Assembly (NCBI GenBank): GCA_964016885.1
Contig: OZ024745.1
Coordinates: forward strand, 9,796,001 to 9,860,000
Reading direction: 5' to 3'
Source of the DNA: Eledone cirrhosa
Taxonomy: Eukaryota
Length of the DNA: 64,000 nucleotides
The position numbers and the translations under genes are program-made. Under the pieces are notes generated by a model. The model did not search any database and had not been told where the DNA came from. It saw only the letters and a list, made by a program, of their open reading frames with translations. Below are positions 38,720 to 51,869 of the stretch, one piece after another; position 1 is the stretch's first letter, and each line of letters starts with the position of its first letter.

Positions 38720-39332
38720 AGACAAACCAGACTCAAGGCCCTTACGTGCACACAGCTTGAGCTGTTCATGCTCAACACGTTTTGTTTTCAAATTCTCCCC
38801 TCCCATCATACACTGCCTTCCTCCAGGAAAGTCTATTTAGAGCAAGGTTCTCCCAGTCATTCTCTGATATTTTCATCTTCCTCAGTGTGCATTTAATGCA
38901 ATCTCTGTATCTCAATTTTGGTTTGTGTGCTGGTCATTTACCTTCGACCATTACACGATCACTCTATCTTAATCAATGTTGAAATATGAGAGACTGGTAG
39001 ACTGACTGTGTTTGAGGACTCCAGTGTCACTCACATACATTTTCCAGTGGATGCCCTGTATACGTTGAAGACACTGTTGGTGAAAGTGCTTCAACCTTTT
39101 GAGATGCTTTTGGTAGGTGACCCGAGTCTCAGATACATACAACAAAGAAGACAAAACACAAGCATTATACATTTCTAACTTTGTTTCAATGGAAATACAA
39201 TGCTGAGACCATAGACGTCCATCCAGTTTTCCAAATGCATCACTTGCCATCTTGATTTGGAGGGACATTTCTTCATCTTGTGTATTGGTCATATTCACAG
39301 TGCTGCCTAGATATACAAACTTATCCACAACT
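38720..39332 (-). mobile_element. Decayed RTE-BovB-like LINE fragment (a different lineage from families A-C)
   Basis: ORF 38969-39328: DKFVYLGST..ASDAFGKL..TKLEMYNACVLSSLLYVSET..FHQQCLQRI. Confidence 0.85.
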
Positions 39333-39359
39333 TATATACACATACATATATACATTATT

Positions 39360-40510
39360 ATTGGAAGAAAATGATGTGAACATGCTCCGATGGATGTGTA
39401 CAAAGTATTAATGCAATGAGAGACAAAAATGGGCAAAAGAATGATCAGATGCAGTGTACAAGAGAGGAGGTTGCACTGGTATTGACATGTGATGTACGTG
39501 GAGGATGATAGCTGCATAAAGCATTGCAGAGCTCTCAGAGTCGAGAGAACCTGTGGAAGGGGATGACCTAGGAAAACATGGGATGACATGATGAAAACTA
39601 CCCCATGAAATGTACCTCATCTAGATGACACAAGATCAGGTGAACTGGAAATTTACCAAAATCTACAAAAGATCCACCATCTCATGTGAGCAAGATGAGA
39701 TTTTTCTTCTTCTGTATGAGACTCTTGCTGTCTCAGGTTGTCATTTGATCATGACATCAGAGATCAATGATCAGTTTCCAGGGCTCACGACATCAGAGAT
39801 CAATGATCAGTTTTCAGGGCTCATGACATCGAGATCAATAATCAGTTTCCAGGGCTCACGACATCAGAGATCAATAATCAGTTTCCAGGGCTCATTATGA
39901 GGAGGTCAACAGGAGATGTTCATATGGAGGATCTTGGTGTAGTGGCATCAGAGTTCAATGATCTCTGAGGTGGTAGGGCTGGTACCATGACAAAAAGCAC
40001 CCAGTCCACTTTGTAAGGTGGTACATGTGTCACAACATAAAGCATCCAGTCCACATTGTAAGGTGGTACATGTGTCACAACATAAAGCACCCAGTCCACT
40101 TTGTAAGGTGGTACATGTGTCACAACATAAAGCACCCAGTCCACATTGTAAGGTGGTTGGGCTGGCGCTATGAAAAAAAAGTATTTGGTCCATCTCATAA
40201 GAGTATTGTGTTAGTGCCAGGACAAAAAGCATCCAGTCCACCCTGTAAGGCGATAGTGTTGGTGCCATGGCAAAAAACACCCAGTCCACACTGTAAGGTA
40301 GTAGTACTGGTGCTACAACAAAATGCACCCTGTCCATTCTGTAAAGTGGTTGGTGTTAAGAAGGGCATTCAGCTTTAGAAAACCAAGTCAAAAACGGGGC
40401 ATATAAACAAGATGTGGTTACCTGACCTGCCTGGCCTCGTTACATGACAGCCCTTCTAACCCATGCAAGTATGGAAAATAGATGTTAAACAATGATGATT
40501 GTGATGATAA
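39360..40510 (+). mobile_element. Old RTE 3' end with a ~36-bp tandem repeat (39750-39895) and an expanded ~49-bp 3' UTR unit (39990-40350)
   Basis: MLRWMC and QERRLHW remnants; repeated AAAGCACCCAGTCCACAYTGTAAGGTGG; tail ATGTTAAAC(AATGATGAT). Confidence 0.8.
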
Positions 40511-41767
40511 CAATGATGATGATCCTGTAATGATTTAGCAGAAAATATCTAAAAAAACATGTTTGTTAATTCAAATATTTATAGTATCTTTACTGAACAG
40601 ATTGTTGGGAAATTATCAGTAAACTAAAGAGAAGAATTTTTAATTTTTAATGTATTGGAATTATAGTGCTGTGCTGTACTTTTGAAGAATGTCTTGGTAA
40701 TGTGGTTTAATGTGGTACAGGACGTTGAGCGTTAACATTCACTACTGAGCTGAAAGCTCTTAGTTGGCAAAAACTATGAGGAAAGGTCTATGTTTAACAA
40801 CACAAACCGCAATCATCATCATTATTTAATGTTTGTTTTCCCTGCTAGCAAGGGTTCGATGGGTCTACATAGACCAATTCAGTCCTGAAGTGGGGCTACT
40901 GATGTTCCAGACAGGCCGAGGAAGTCTGTATCCCGCTTACATACAGTCATTATGGAGTGCAGAGGAGAAGTTGTGTCTTTTGACACAAACTGAAGGATCC
41001 TCCTAACCCATTGTTTGTCGAGCTTTCTATGGATGGATGCCCTTCCTTTCACCAACCACTTATACATGCCTCTATTATGGTCACCAGAGAAATTTCTAGA
41101 CTGAGAAAACAACAAAACAAAAACAGGTTGGACAGTAAATTAGACATTTCTTGAGTAATACATTGCACCTTTCACAAATACCTCACAGTATGACTGTTGA
41201 ATGTGATGTGGGACTTGACAATAATATTACATAATAAATAACAATATTATAGTATATTTCACCCAGATCAATAATAAACAGTCATAGCAATAATATAGAT
41301 TTGACAATAATATTACATAGTAAAAGCAATATTGTAGATTTCACTGAGACAGACCAATAATAACCAGTCATATCAATGATATAGATTTGATGTTATTCAG
41401 ATCAGAACTGACAATAACAATTAAATCAATAACAGGTGATATTGGCTGAGTTGGAATTGTTAGTACGGAGGACAAGATGGCTTCCTTGCAATAATTATTC
41501 TGGTTCTCTGGCGCTCTGAGTTCAAATACTACAATGGATCACATTGCCTTTCATCCTTTTAGAGTTGATAAAATAAGGTACCAGTCCTGGACGGTAACTT
41601 AGTAGAAATATCTTTTGGAGTTTCAGACTTAATTCATTGCCTGGTTTGACACCACAAGCTAGCCTTGTGTACCATCATCACAGTAAGATACGATATAGGT
41701 AATTCTTGATGGAAAATGGTGTACGTCTGGCAATACCAGTCAGATAATAGGGGTTATAAAATTGACT

Positions 41768-42310
41768 TTAACCTTTTTGATACCAAACCACTTGAAACTG
41801 TCCCTAGTTTTGTGATGTATGTATAGAATTCCTAGTGGCATATATTGGACATTATAAACCTAGTGGAACTCATCTGCTCTCAAGGTCTGAACACAGCCTA
41901 TTTCTTCCCGAAAAGGAGAGATAGTGAAAGAGATATAGAGGAAGAATTGACCCCAGAACTGGGCTAGTACTTTTTTTTTATCAACCTTGAATAGATGAAA
42001 GGCAAAGTAGACTTCAGCAGGATTTGAACTCAGAGAGCAGAGAGACAGAATACGACAAAGCATTTATCCAATGTTCTAACGACTCTGCCAATTTACTTTT
42101 ATAATTTTGTGATACAAACTTTATTTTAAAGTGCTTGTATTTATCTAAAAGAAAAGCCTCCTTCATAATTCAACGTAAGAACCTTTATGTTCTACACACC
42201 AACAGAACAAATTAAAAAGTTAGTTATATTATTAAATCCCTCCAAATTCTTGATTATTAAAAAATCATAGGCAGTGTCTTTCATTAGAAATATGGTAATG
42301 AAAGGGTTAA
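41768..42310. mobile_element. TTAA-flanked piggyBac-like MITE carrying a SINE-2 insert (~41945-42095)
   Basis: Ends TTAACCTTTT... / ...GAAAGGGTTAA; related copies at 47447-47840 and ~22400-22476. Confidence 0.5.
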
Positions 42311-42406
42311 AAATATGAAGGAATGGAAAGTTATATCTGTATAAGATTAAAATATTATTGATGACTGAATAAAAGCCATTGATGAAGAGAAGACACTTGA
42401 AATAAT

Positions 42407-42584
42407 TGTTTCTACTTTAGGCACAAGGCCAGCAAATATGACTGGTACTTTATTTTATCGACCCCGTAAAGATGAAAGGCAAAGTTAACCTCGGTGGGAT
42501 TTGAACTCAGACTGTAAAGGGACGTAACTATGCTAGAAAGCATGGTGTCCAACCCTCTACCGATACTGCCAATTCACCGCCCTT
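42407..42584 (-). mobile_element. SINE family 2 with a 15-bp TSD
   Basis: GACACTTGAAATAAT at 42392-42406 and 42585-42599. Confidence 0.92.
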
Positions 42585-42802
42585 GACACTTGAAATAATG
42601 TTGGTGAAATTGGGGTCGAGAACTAAAACAATGCTGTTTAGGTAAATATACTATGGTCAGAGTAAAAGTTTCATACCCAAGTGTTAGCTGGGCTGGACTT
42701 TCACTTGCTGAGGCCTTAACATATATGGAATTTGAGGCCATTCTCTAAAAATATATAATTACTTTTATATTAATTTTGATGATAAAGAATAAATAATATA
42801 TA

Positions 42803-45040
42803 TATCATCGTCGTCATCGTTTAATGTTTATCTTCCACGCTAGCATGGGTTAGACGGGTTTGTCCCATTTAAAGGCAAGTTGGATTGGGTGACCATGTCT
42901 TGCTTATATAGGACTGTTTTTAGCTGGTTTTCTACGGCTGGATGCCCTTCCTAGCGCCAACCACATTTACAGTGTATGCTGGGTGCTTTTTGTCGTGACA
43001 CCTACACGACCACTTTACAGTGGAAGTTTTGTGGAACCAACATAACATACACAGACATATATTATATATATATATATGTATCATCATCATCATCATCATC
43101 AACGTTTAACGTCCGTGTTCCACGCTTGCATGGGTTTGGACGGGGGTAGTCCCACTTGAGGCAAGAGTGATTGTCTTGCTCGCATAGGACTGTCTGGCAG
43201 GTTTTCTACAGTTGGATGCCCTTCCTAACACCAACCACATTTACAGTGTGGGTCTGGGAGGTTTTTGCCGTGTTGCCTACACGGCCACATTACAGCGTGG
43301 ACTGTGTGTTTTTTTGTCGTGACACCTACACGATCTCATTTGTTTCGGCCTCGATGGCGCGGCACCAACATAACTTTACATAGAACGGGGTGGTGTGGAT
43401 GGGGTGGGGGTGGTGGTGGTGGGACAGGGTGTATTTTGTTAGAGATGCCTACTGGCTGGAGTAGGTTTTACTATATATATTTAGGTAAGGCGGGTCTTCT
43501 CTGTTACTGAGTACCGCCAAAGGTCTCGGTCCAGTGACATTGTCTTGGAGAGGTGTAAGTGTGTGAGGTCGGAGTTTATCAGCTCGTCCCAGGTTTTTCT
43601 AGGTCTGCCTATTCCGTGACTACGTCTATCTTTATTGCCCTGCACTTTGTTATACAGCTATGTATGTGTATATATATATATATATATACACATACACATA
43701 TATATATACACATATATATATGTATATATATATACACATACACATATGGTGTATGTATATACACACATGGTCTATATATACAGTCCACGCTGTAATATGG
43801 CCGTGTAGGTAACACGGTAAAAATCTCCCAGTCCACACTGTAAACGTGGTTGGTGTTAGGAAGGACATCCAGCCGTAGAAAACCTGCCAGACAGTCCTAT
43901 ACAAGTGACACAGTCACCCGACTAATCTTGCCTCAAGTGGGACAATTCGTGGAACATAGACGTTAAACGATGATGATGATGATGATACACATATCATCAC
44001 CTCCGTCTTATGTCCATTTTCCTTGCTAGCATGGGTTAGATGGGTTGTCCTGTTGTGGGAAATTCTAGGTCAGGTGACCATGTCTTGCCCATACCAGTCT
44101 GGTTCTGGCTTAGTTTTTGCTGCTGGATGCCCTTCCTAACATCAACCTCAATTTACAGTGAGTACTGGGTGCTTTTTGTTGTGACACCTACACGATCACT
44201 TTACAGAGTGGGCAGGGCACTTTTTGCCATGTCACCATCACGACCACTTTACAGCCTGGGCTGGGAGGGGGGGGGGGTCACTAGCCTGTCCTCCTGAGGG
44301 ATGTATGGGAGTGGGTTGGGCCATACTGTATATATGCTTCAGCTTGTGCTTATGGGAAGTTGGGTCTTCTGTATCGCCAGAGATCCTGGTCATGTGTCAT
44401 CGCCTTCGAGAGTTGCAATTGGGCAAGGTCGGCTTTTATCACCTCATCCCAAGTCTTCCTGGGTCCCCACTCCAAGGTTTCCATCAACTTTGAGCACTCT
44501 GCACTTTTTTATGCAGCTGTCATTCTTCATACGCATCACATGTCCACACCAACGCAACCGCCTCTCCTGCACACAGCATTTGATTCCTCTTATGCCTAGT
44601 TTCAGTTCATTTATGCTTCACCGTTCTCGTATATTACTATTATACATCCATCGGAGCATGCAAGCTTCATTTCTTTCCAATCTATGCAAGTCTTCTGCAC
44701 ACAGTGCCAGGTCTCACTACCATGCAACATAGCTGTTGAAATGCATGCATCATACAGTCTGCCTTTCATTCTGAGGGAGAAGCCTTTTGTAGCCAGCAAT
44801 GGTAGTAGCTCCATGAACTTCCTCCATCCCGTTCTTACTCTGGCTACTGTACTTTCAGAACACCCACCACCGCTGCTAATTCGGTCACCTAGGTAGCAGA
44901 AGCTGTCTACTGTTTCTATAGAGCCCTTCCAAAATTTGGTAGTGCTTGTTTCCTGCTTACTGTTCCAGTGCAACTGTTACATGTAAAGCTTACATTCTTA
45001 GCTAAACTTCCTGAGATCCCACTACATCTCTTGTGTATAC
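42803..45040. mobile_element. Pile-up of RTE 3' fragments: 42803-43050 (-), 43079-43660 (-, family B), 43781-43986 (+), 43995-45040 (-, family A-like)
   Basis: Each matches the RTE 3' UTR or C-terminus and ends in (CAT)n/(GAT)n. ORF 44611-44973 encodes DSFCYLG..GWRKF..LHGSETW. Confidence 0.9.
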
Positions 45041-45046
45041 ATGTAT

Positions 45047-45080
<34 letters not shown>

Positions 45081-45138
45081 GTGTGTGTGTATATATATAT
45101 ATATGTATGTATAATTTTTCATGATTTAGTGTTAAAGA

Positions 45139-45348
45139 ATAAATATCATTCTTTTAACATCCGCTTTCCCTGTTAACAAGGGTTGGGTGGGTCCACACAT
45201 ATCTTGTCAGTACTGAAACGGGGCCACTGATTTTTCAGACAAGCCAGGGATCTGCATCTCACTTATGTAGTCTCACATTCTACTGAGTGCACAGGAGAGA
45301 TTGTTGTCTTTGACACAACTGAGGGTCCTCCCAACCCTTTAATTTTAA
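45139..45348 (-). mobile_element. Short RTE-tailed retroposon with an 18-bp TSD; related copy at ~40812-41050
   Basis: ATGATTTAGTGTTAAAGA at 45121-45138 and 45349-45366. Confidence 0.75.
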
Positions 45349-45764
45349 ATGATTTAGTGTTAAAGAGTAAAAACTAATGATAAAATAAAAATATATTTTA
45401 AAAAATGAGGCTCATGGGGGTGTGTGGCCCTAAACTATAGCTTATTTAGCTTATAGGTAAGTCGAGCACTGGCCCTACTGAAGCCACAGTGTTAGTTCTA
45501 TGAGTAATCTATGTCAGGTCACTCTTGAGTGCTACTGGTAACATGTAAACCAGTACAACCTGTCGCATGGTCGGGTCGTTGGCGACTAAACTGGCAACCC
45601 CACCAAGTTTACTTGGTGAGGGGGGTAATTGTGGGCACCCTGCAGGACAAAAACCAAAACCTGACAAAGGGCGGAAGAACTGATAAGAGTCAACGGCCAT
45701 CCAAAAATGTGTAAATATGTAATACACATGCACATATGTATGTGTATGTATATACTTGTGTATA

Positions 45765-46710
45765 TGCCTGGGGTGTCAGGGAGGGGCATGTACCTCTGTA
45801 GGGAGGGGTAGCCGTTCCCTTTTCAGGACAGCTCGTCCTGCATTGGGTCCCACCTGACACTCAGCTCTCACCTGTGGCCCCCAGAAGCTCTAGCATACTA
45901 CAGCGGCCACACCCCGGTAAACCGCCTTGGCTGGGGGCCGAACCAGGTTGAGGGTAGCCGGACAGGTCTGAAACCCCCTGGTGATTAGATAGGGGATCCT
46001 TGCCCCTTCATGTGAAGACTGGACCTAGTGGAGTGAGTGGAGGAGGACATCATCCCAACGGTCACAAAGGTGGCGACACCCAGCGGTGTGGAGTACTAGG
46101 GCACAGCAAGGCACAACAGATGTCGTGGCCATCCACTGCAGGCAAGGAAGTCCCTGGTCATAACGGTCCTCCATACCACCGGATTCTGGCTTCTGTGGCC
46201 GAGTGAGTGGGACCGTCACTGTGCACTGGCCCTCCCACTATAAACCTTTTCCGCACAGGTTTTTTCTTTAGCGTGCCCTCCCAAAGCCCTGCGGCGAAGG
46301 TGCTTCCGAAGCAACTGATGTATGGGGAACTCTGTTCGGGAAAATGAAAGTGGGGCAGGTCTCTCAAGAGGTTCAAAGACTGCGTGAAGTCCAGTATCAA
46401 CAACACTGGAATCGCGCCAAAACAACTTGAGTCCCATGCTCAGGACAGGACTGAGTGGCGAGCCCTTACCAGATGCGCCAAAGACTCATTTGAAGAGAAG
46501 AGATGGGCAGTGGTCACTGAGGCCCGTGAAAGGAGGAGAAAGGCATCAGCAGCTGCCCCAAGTGACTCCGGTCTCTTCCTCTGCCCCCAGTGTCCCCGGA
46601 CCTGCAAGTCAAGGATCGGCTTCCATAGCCACCTTCGTGCCCATGGCAGACGGGAACTAAAATATAGAAGATGTCATCATCATTTACAATGGACAACCAA
46701 GAAGAAAGAA
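45765..46710 (+). mobile_element. Internally deleted RTE-BovB-like element (GC-rich 5' region joined to the C-terminal C2H2 zinc finger and a (GAA)-type tail)
   Basis: LPKQLMYGEL..KRFKDCVK..DRTEWR..CPQCPRTCKSRIGFHSHLRAH; ends CATCATCATTTACAATGGACAACCAAGAAGAAAGAA; no endonuclease or RT in between. Confidence 0.82.
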
Positions 46711-46895
46711 TCTATGGCCTGTGAGTTAGGTTACGAAGTGAAAAACTTTGTTTTGCACACAACAGCTATGGTTTTCTAAACCTACTCACTATATCAGTGT
46801 CACACATGAAAATAGATCACCACTGAATTTAATTATTCAGAATATATTTGTGAGAAGATTCAAGGCAAAGCAGTGAATTGCCACAACCATTAGAC

Positions 46896-47209
46896 CAGTG
46901 GTTCCCAACCTTTTGTGCACCATGCCCCCCCACCCCAACATCTCAAACATTGTTATGCCCACCCCCCTTGATATGAAAACAGCGATGATCAACTGCAAAG
47001 TGTCAACAAGTTGATGTATAGGCAGTGCTAGATGTACAAAATAATGCATGGAGGTGAGGCAGGAGTTTCTGACAGTAATGAGTACCAAAGTAACCTTGGT
47101 GTAAAAGTAATAAGATAAAGCCTGAAGATTGTTCTCATTAACATCATTTTAACCCCCCCCCCCCTTAAATATTCATTGTAGGGCATGTTTCCCACGTTAG
47201 AAATCACTG
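46896..47209. mobile_element. hAT (Charlie-like) MITE
   Basis: TIRs CAGTGGTTCCCAAC / GTTAGAAATCACTG; 8-bp TSD CATTAGAC / CATTAGAA. Confidence 0.8.
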
Positions 47210-47540
47210 CATTAGAACATCGATCAAAATGCTTTGTAGTATTTGTTCTGGTTGATTAAGTTGTATGTAGCAAGGCAGATGTGGAGAACTTGTCTGTATC
47301 TAGTTGATATCTTGTATTAAGTTCCTGAACAATAGCAATGGAGAAATAACTTTTGTATGCTACCATGAACATAGCAAGAGCATAATACAGCTCATCAAAT
47401 AAGTTACCATAGATCGACTTAAGAGCAAGGATGAAGATTCAAGATATTAACCCCTTCCTTACCATATTTCTAATGAATTATAGTGTTTGACTTAATTACT
47501 AAAGAATTTGGAGGGATTTACTGACATCATTATTAAGATG

Positions 47541-47722
47541 CGGTGAATTGGCAGTATCGGTAGAGGGCCAGACACCATGCTTTCTAGCATAGTTACGTCC
47601 CTTTACGGTCTGAGTTCAAATCCCATTGAGGTTAACTTTGCCTTTCATCCTTACGGGGTCGATAAAATAAAGTACCAGTAATACACTGGGTAATTGCTGG
47701 CCTTGTGCTAAAAGTAGAAACA
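47541..47722 (+). mobile_element. SINE family 2 with a 12-bp TSD, nested in a piggyBac-like MITE
   Basis: ATTATTAAGATG at 47529-47540 and 47723-47734. Confidence 0.92.
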
Positions 47723-47922
47723 ATTATTAAGATGGCATTTCTAACACAATTAAAGATTGTTATATAAAATTATGTTGGAAAGATTTTAATTTTATATCAG
47801 AACCATGTAAAATGGAAGGAATGGTATTGAAAGGGTTGATAAATATTAGAAGTCAGGATGATAGTCTATCAAAAAGACAAAGTTAATGTGTCTGATAAAC
47901 AGTTGCATCTTTTGTGTTTGTA

Positions 47923-47994
<72 letters not shown>

Positions 47995-47995
<1 letters not shown>

Positions 47996-48970
47996 GAGGG
48001 GGGATCAAAAAGTTCGCAGAATTTTTCAGAAAATATTCTATTTTTCAAAAAATATGATTTACCTTCAATTTATTTTTCTACATAGTTGCCATCCAGGTCA
48101 ATACACTTCACAAAGCGATGCTTCCAACTCCGTCAGCCGTCTCTAAAGAAAGTTGAAGGCCTTGTTCGAAGCCATGTGTTGGCAGTGTTTTTAGCTTCTT
48201 CAACACCACTAAAACGGGTTCCTTTTAGCATTTCTTTGAGTTTTGGAAAGAGGAAGCCACTGTTTTGACTGCTGTTTGGATTCAGGATCATACTGGTAGA
48301 TCCAGGTTTCATCTCCGGTGATAATTCTGGTCAGGAAATGCTCTTCATCAACTTCAATTTTGTTTAATATCGCCAAAGACAGATCACTTCGAAGAATCAG
48401 CTGATCAGGGCGCAACGCTTTTGGGACCCATCGCACTGAAAGCTTGCTTAGTCCCAAATTATCGTGCAGAATTGAATTTGCCGAACCATATGAAATGTCT
48501 AGGGACTTAGCTAACTGATTAACTGTTATTCTTCGATCTTCTTCAATTAAAGTCTGAGCAGCCTCAACGTTTGGTCATTTTTTGATGTTCCTAGTCTTCC
48601 ACTGCGATGGTTGTCTTCAAGGTCGTCTCTCCCTTGTTTGAATCAATGAATGCACTTGTAGACAGCAGTTTTCTTTGGAGCAGTAGTACCGTAAACTTTA
48701 ACTAAAGCCTCCATAATCTGTGTCCCTTTCCATTTGAGTTTCACCAGAAACTTGATATTCGATCTTATCTCAAAATAACTATTTTCCATTGTTCCAAAAA
48801 GAGTTTTTTTAAAGAGTGTCAGTACTGTACAATAGTCCGTGCATGACTGACTGCAAGTGACTAATAGCAAGGTAAACACCCAATGACAATGTTGTGACAT
48901 GTTTAATATTGTTTTAACCTATTTTTTTCTTACTACGATAAAATTCTGCGAACTTTTTGATCCCCCCTCG
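47995..48970 (-). mobile_element. Internally deleted mariner transposon (transposase pseudogene 48070-48789)
   Basis: Perfect ~30-bp TIRs CGAGGGGGGATCAAAAAGTTCGCAGAATTT with TA TSD. Motifs MENSYFEIRSNIKF, WVPK, ITGDETWIYQYDPE and C-terminal KCIDLDGNYVEK; the second and third catalytic Asp regions are deleted. Confidence 0.96.
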
Positions 48971-49258
48971 TATATATACACACACACACATCCACATACA
49001 AACAAAAGATGCAACTGTTTATCAGACACATTAACTTTGTCTTTTTGATAGACTAAACTCTTTTAACCATCTTTTGATCTTATATTGTATATATATATAA
49101 ACTGCTCCTAGTACACACTGTAAAGTGTTTAGCATTTGAAAAGGCATCCAACTGTAGTGTACCAAGAAAGATGTGGTCACTTGAATTGTCTGACCTCAGC
49201 ATGCAACAACCTGTATAACCCATGTTAGATGTTAAACAGTGATGGTATATATATATAT

Positions 49259-49797
49259 ATCATCATCATCATTTAACGTCCATCTTCCATGCTAGCATGG
49301 ACTGGATGGTTTTGTCTCACTTGAGGTGAGATTGATTGGGAGACGAAGTCTCGATCGTACAGAACTGTCTCTGGCAGGTTTTCTACAACTGGATGCCGTT
49401 CCTAACACCAACTACATTTACAGTGTGGACTGGGTGCTTTTTGTCGTGTCACCTACACGACCACTTTACAGTTCGAGGATGGAGTAGGGTGTGTGGTGTA
49501 TATTGGGTTAAGAGGTGCCTACTGACTAGGTTTAGGTTTGTATGCAAGGGAAGGCGAGTCTTCTGTACAACTGCATGGCGCCAAAGATCTCGATCCAGTG
49601 ACATTGTCTTAGAGAGGTGTAAGTGAGCAAGGTCAGTTTTTATCACCTCATCCCAGGTTTTTCTTGGTCTACCCACTCTGTAGCTTTCATCAATTTTGAT
49701 AGCTCTGCACTTTTTTATACAGCTGTTGTCCTTCATACACATCACATGGCCATACCAACACAATCTCCTCTCTTGCACACAACATTTGATACCTTTT
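49259..49797 (-). mobile_element. RTE 3' fragment
   Basis: ORF 49449-49778: [27 protein letters not shown]; (CAT)n tail. Confidence 0.9.
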
Positions 49798-49935
49798 ATG
49801 TATGTGTGTCTGTGTAAGAAAGTTAAACAAAAGTGAGATAGAGCTTAGTATGAGGAGAGCAGAATAATATATTTTACTTTGGAATGCAGAAAGACCAAAG
49901 CAAAGCACAATTTAATGTTTGCTCTTTGAAATAAT

Positions 49936-50093
49936 GACTTTTAAGGAGAAAGTCGATTAAATCGACCCCTGTATGTTACTGATACTTTATTTTATCGACT
50001 CCTCAGCAGAATTTGAATTCAGAACGCAAAGGGACGTAACTCTATGTCGCAAAGCACCTATTCTGCTCCATCTTTTGCCAATCCACCGCCCTG
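49936..50093 (-). mobile_element. SINE family 2 variant with TSD CTCTTT(G/C)AAATAAT
   Basis: Duplication at ~49922-49935 and ~50095-50108; head GGCGGTGGATTGGCA on the minus strand. Confidence 0.75.
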
Positions 50094-51180
50094 CCTCTTT
50101 CAAATAATAATCTAAATGTTTCTTTGTTTTGTATATCCTAGCTAGCCCCCTAGGAGAGAGGGCTAGGCCTACAACATTCTTTCATTATCGCTAATTACAC
50201 TTCAACAATAACCAAACTAGATGTATCGGTTATTTCCTAATTCTATCAATATCTGTTGACATTATTTCCAAAATAATCGTGACATTCAAGGTTTTCCCCA
50301 AGAAAATGTGAGTTCCAGGTCAGCCTTGATTAAAGCAGACGTATGAACAAAGACACTCCAACCATAACCATTCCACCTTCATCACAGATATAATTGTATA
50401 TATTATCAAAGATGTCTTTCTTTTGTAAAGATGGTAAAGTGTTGTTTGGCTGCTATTTCTAGTAGATCGAATGACCTCCACAGGTGAAGTGAAAAGATCC
50501 GAGACTGGGAGTGGATACTAAATATATGTCTCAGATCCACATCGATCTCCTAGATGTGTCGTGTGTTTGTGTTGTAGGTCATATAGGTACGTGTAATAAT
50601 GCAATTCTGTAGCCGCATGTACGTGTATGTGTTCGATGTGTCATCAAACGTTGTCACTATAATTATTAACATCGTTATTGGCATATTAATCGATCACCAC
50701 AACCGCCATCGCTATAATTAACACTATCTATTTCAAATTGTTTTATGCAACAGTTTTTATACATCCTGAAGGACACAAGGAAAAAAGAAACTGCATTATG
50801 AACGAGTCACAACAATAAACCCGCCTACATATACATATTTATGTGGTAACACAAGCTACCTTCACAATGTCTAGGTGTCACCCAAGTACACACACACACA
50901 CTATATATATATATACACACACACATACAGAAAACGTACGTAATATACACTGTGTATGCATTATGAATGATTGTGGGAAAATACCCAGGATATGCTATGT
51001 TTCCCATATATATATATATACACACATATATACACATATCAAATTGTACAGAATGTGTATATTATTTACATGCAAACACAAATTCTTTTAATGGTGCGAG
51101 GAATATGAAGACACTATACAGTAGATTATTAAGCTAAATGAAGTAAATAAGTCATTCTTTGACTGTCCGCCATTTCCAAA

Positions 51181-51543
51181 CATCACCACCACCACCGCCA
51201 TCATGATCACCATCAGCACCACCACCACCGCCATCATGATCACCATCACCACCACCATCATCATCGTCATGATCACCATCACCACCACCATCATCATCAT
51301 CATGATCACCATCAGCACCACCACCACCACCACCGTCATCATGATCACCATCAGCACCACCACCACCGCCATCATGATCACCATCAGCACCACCACCACC
51401 ACCGCCATCATGATCACCATCAGCACCACCACCACCGCCATCATGATCACCATCAGCACCACCACCACCACCGCCATCATGATCACCATCACCACCACCA
51501 TCATCATCGTCATGATCACCATCACCACCACCACCACCATGAC
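51181..51543. repeat. Compound CAT/CAC repeat (ATCATGATCACCATCAGCACCACC units)
   Basis: Direct inspection. Confidence 0.95.
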
Positions 51544-51869
51544 TATACACAACAGTAAACTATCATAACCAATCCTTTCCCCATTACCCCCCCCCCCCCA
51601 CTAAACTATTCCATCTCAGATATCCGGGAACAACGGACATTTGTTGCAGTAGTACCACAGCTTTTCTAAATACCGACATGAGGCGGCGGCGGGGGCCAGA
51701 CAAAGAGATTTTATAGTTTTATTTCTTTATAATATTAATATCAATAGTAGTAGTAGTAGTTCCAATATAACGGCATTTCATTTCCATCAACAGCTGAATA
51801 TATACACATGTACACACATTATCATAGTTGTACGGTTAAACATACATACACATATATGTGTGTATGGTT

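Noticed and set aside
42688-45471. Possible hAT MITE ends (GGGCTGGACTT.. / ..AAGTCGAGCACTG) enclosing the RTE pile-up
   Set aside because: The termini are too degenerate and there is no clear 8-bp TSD.
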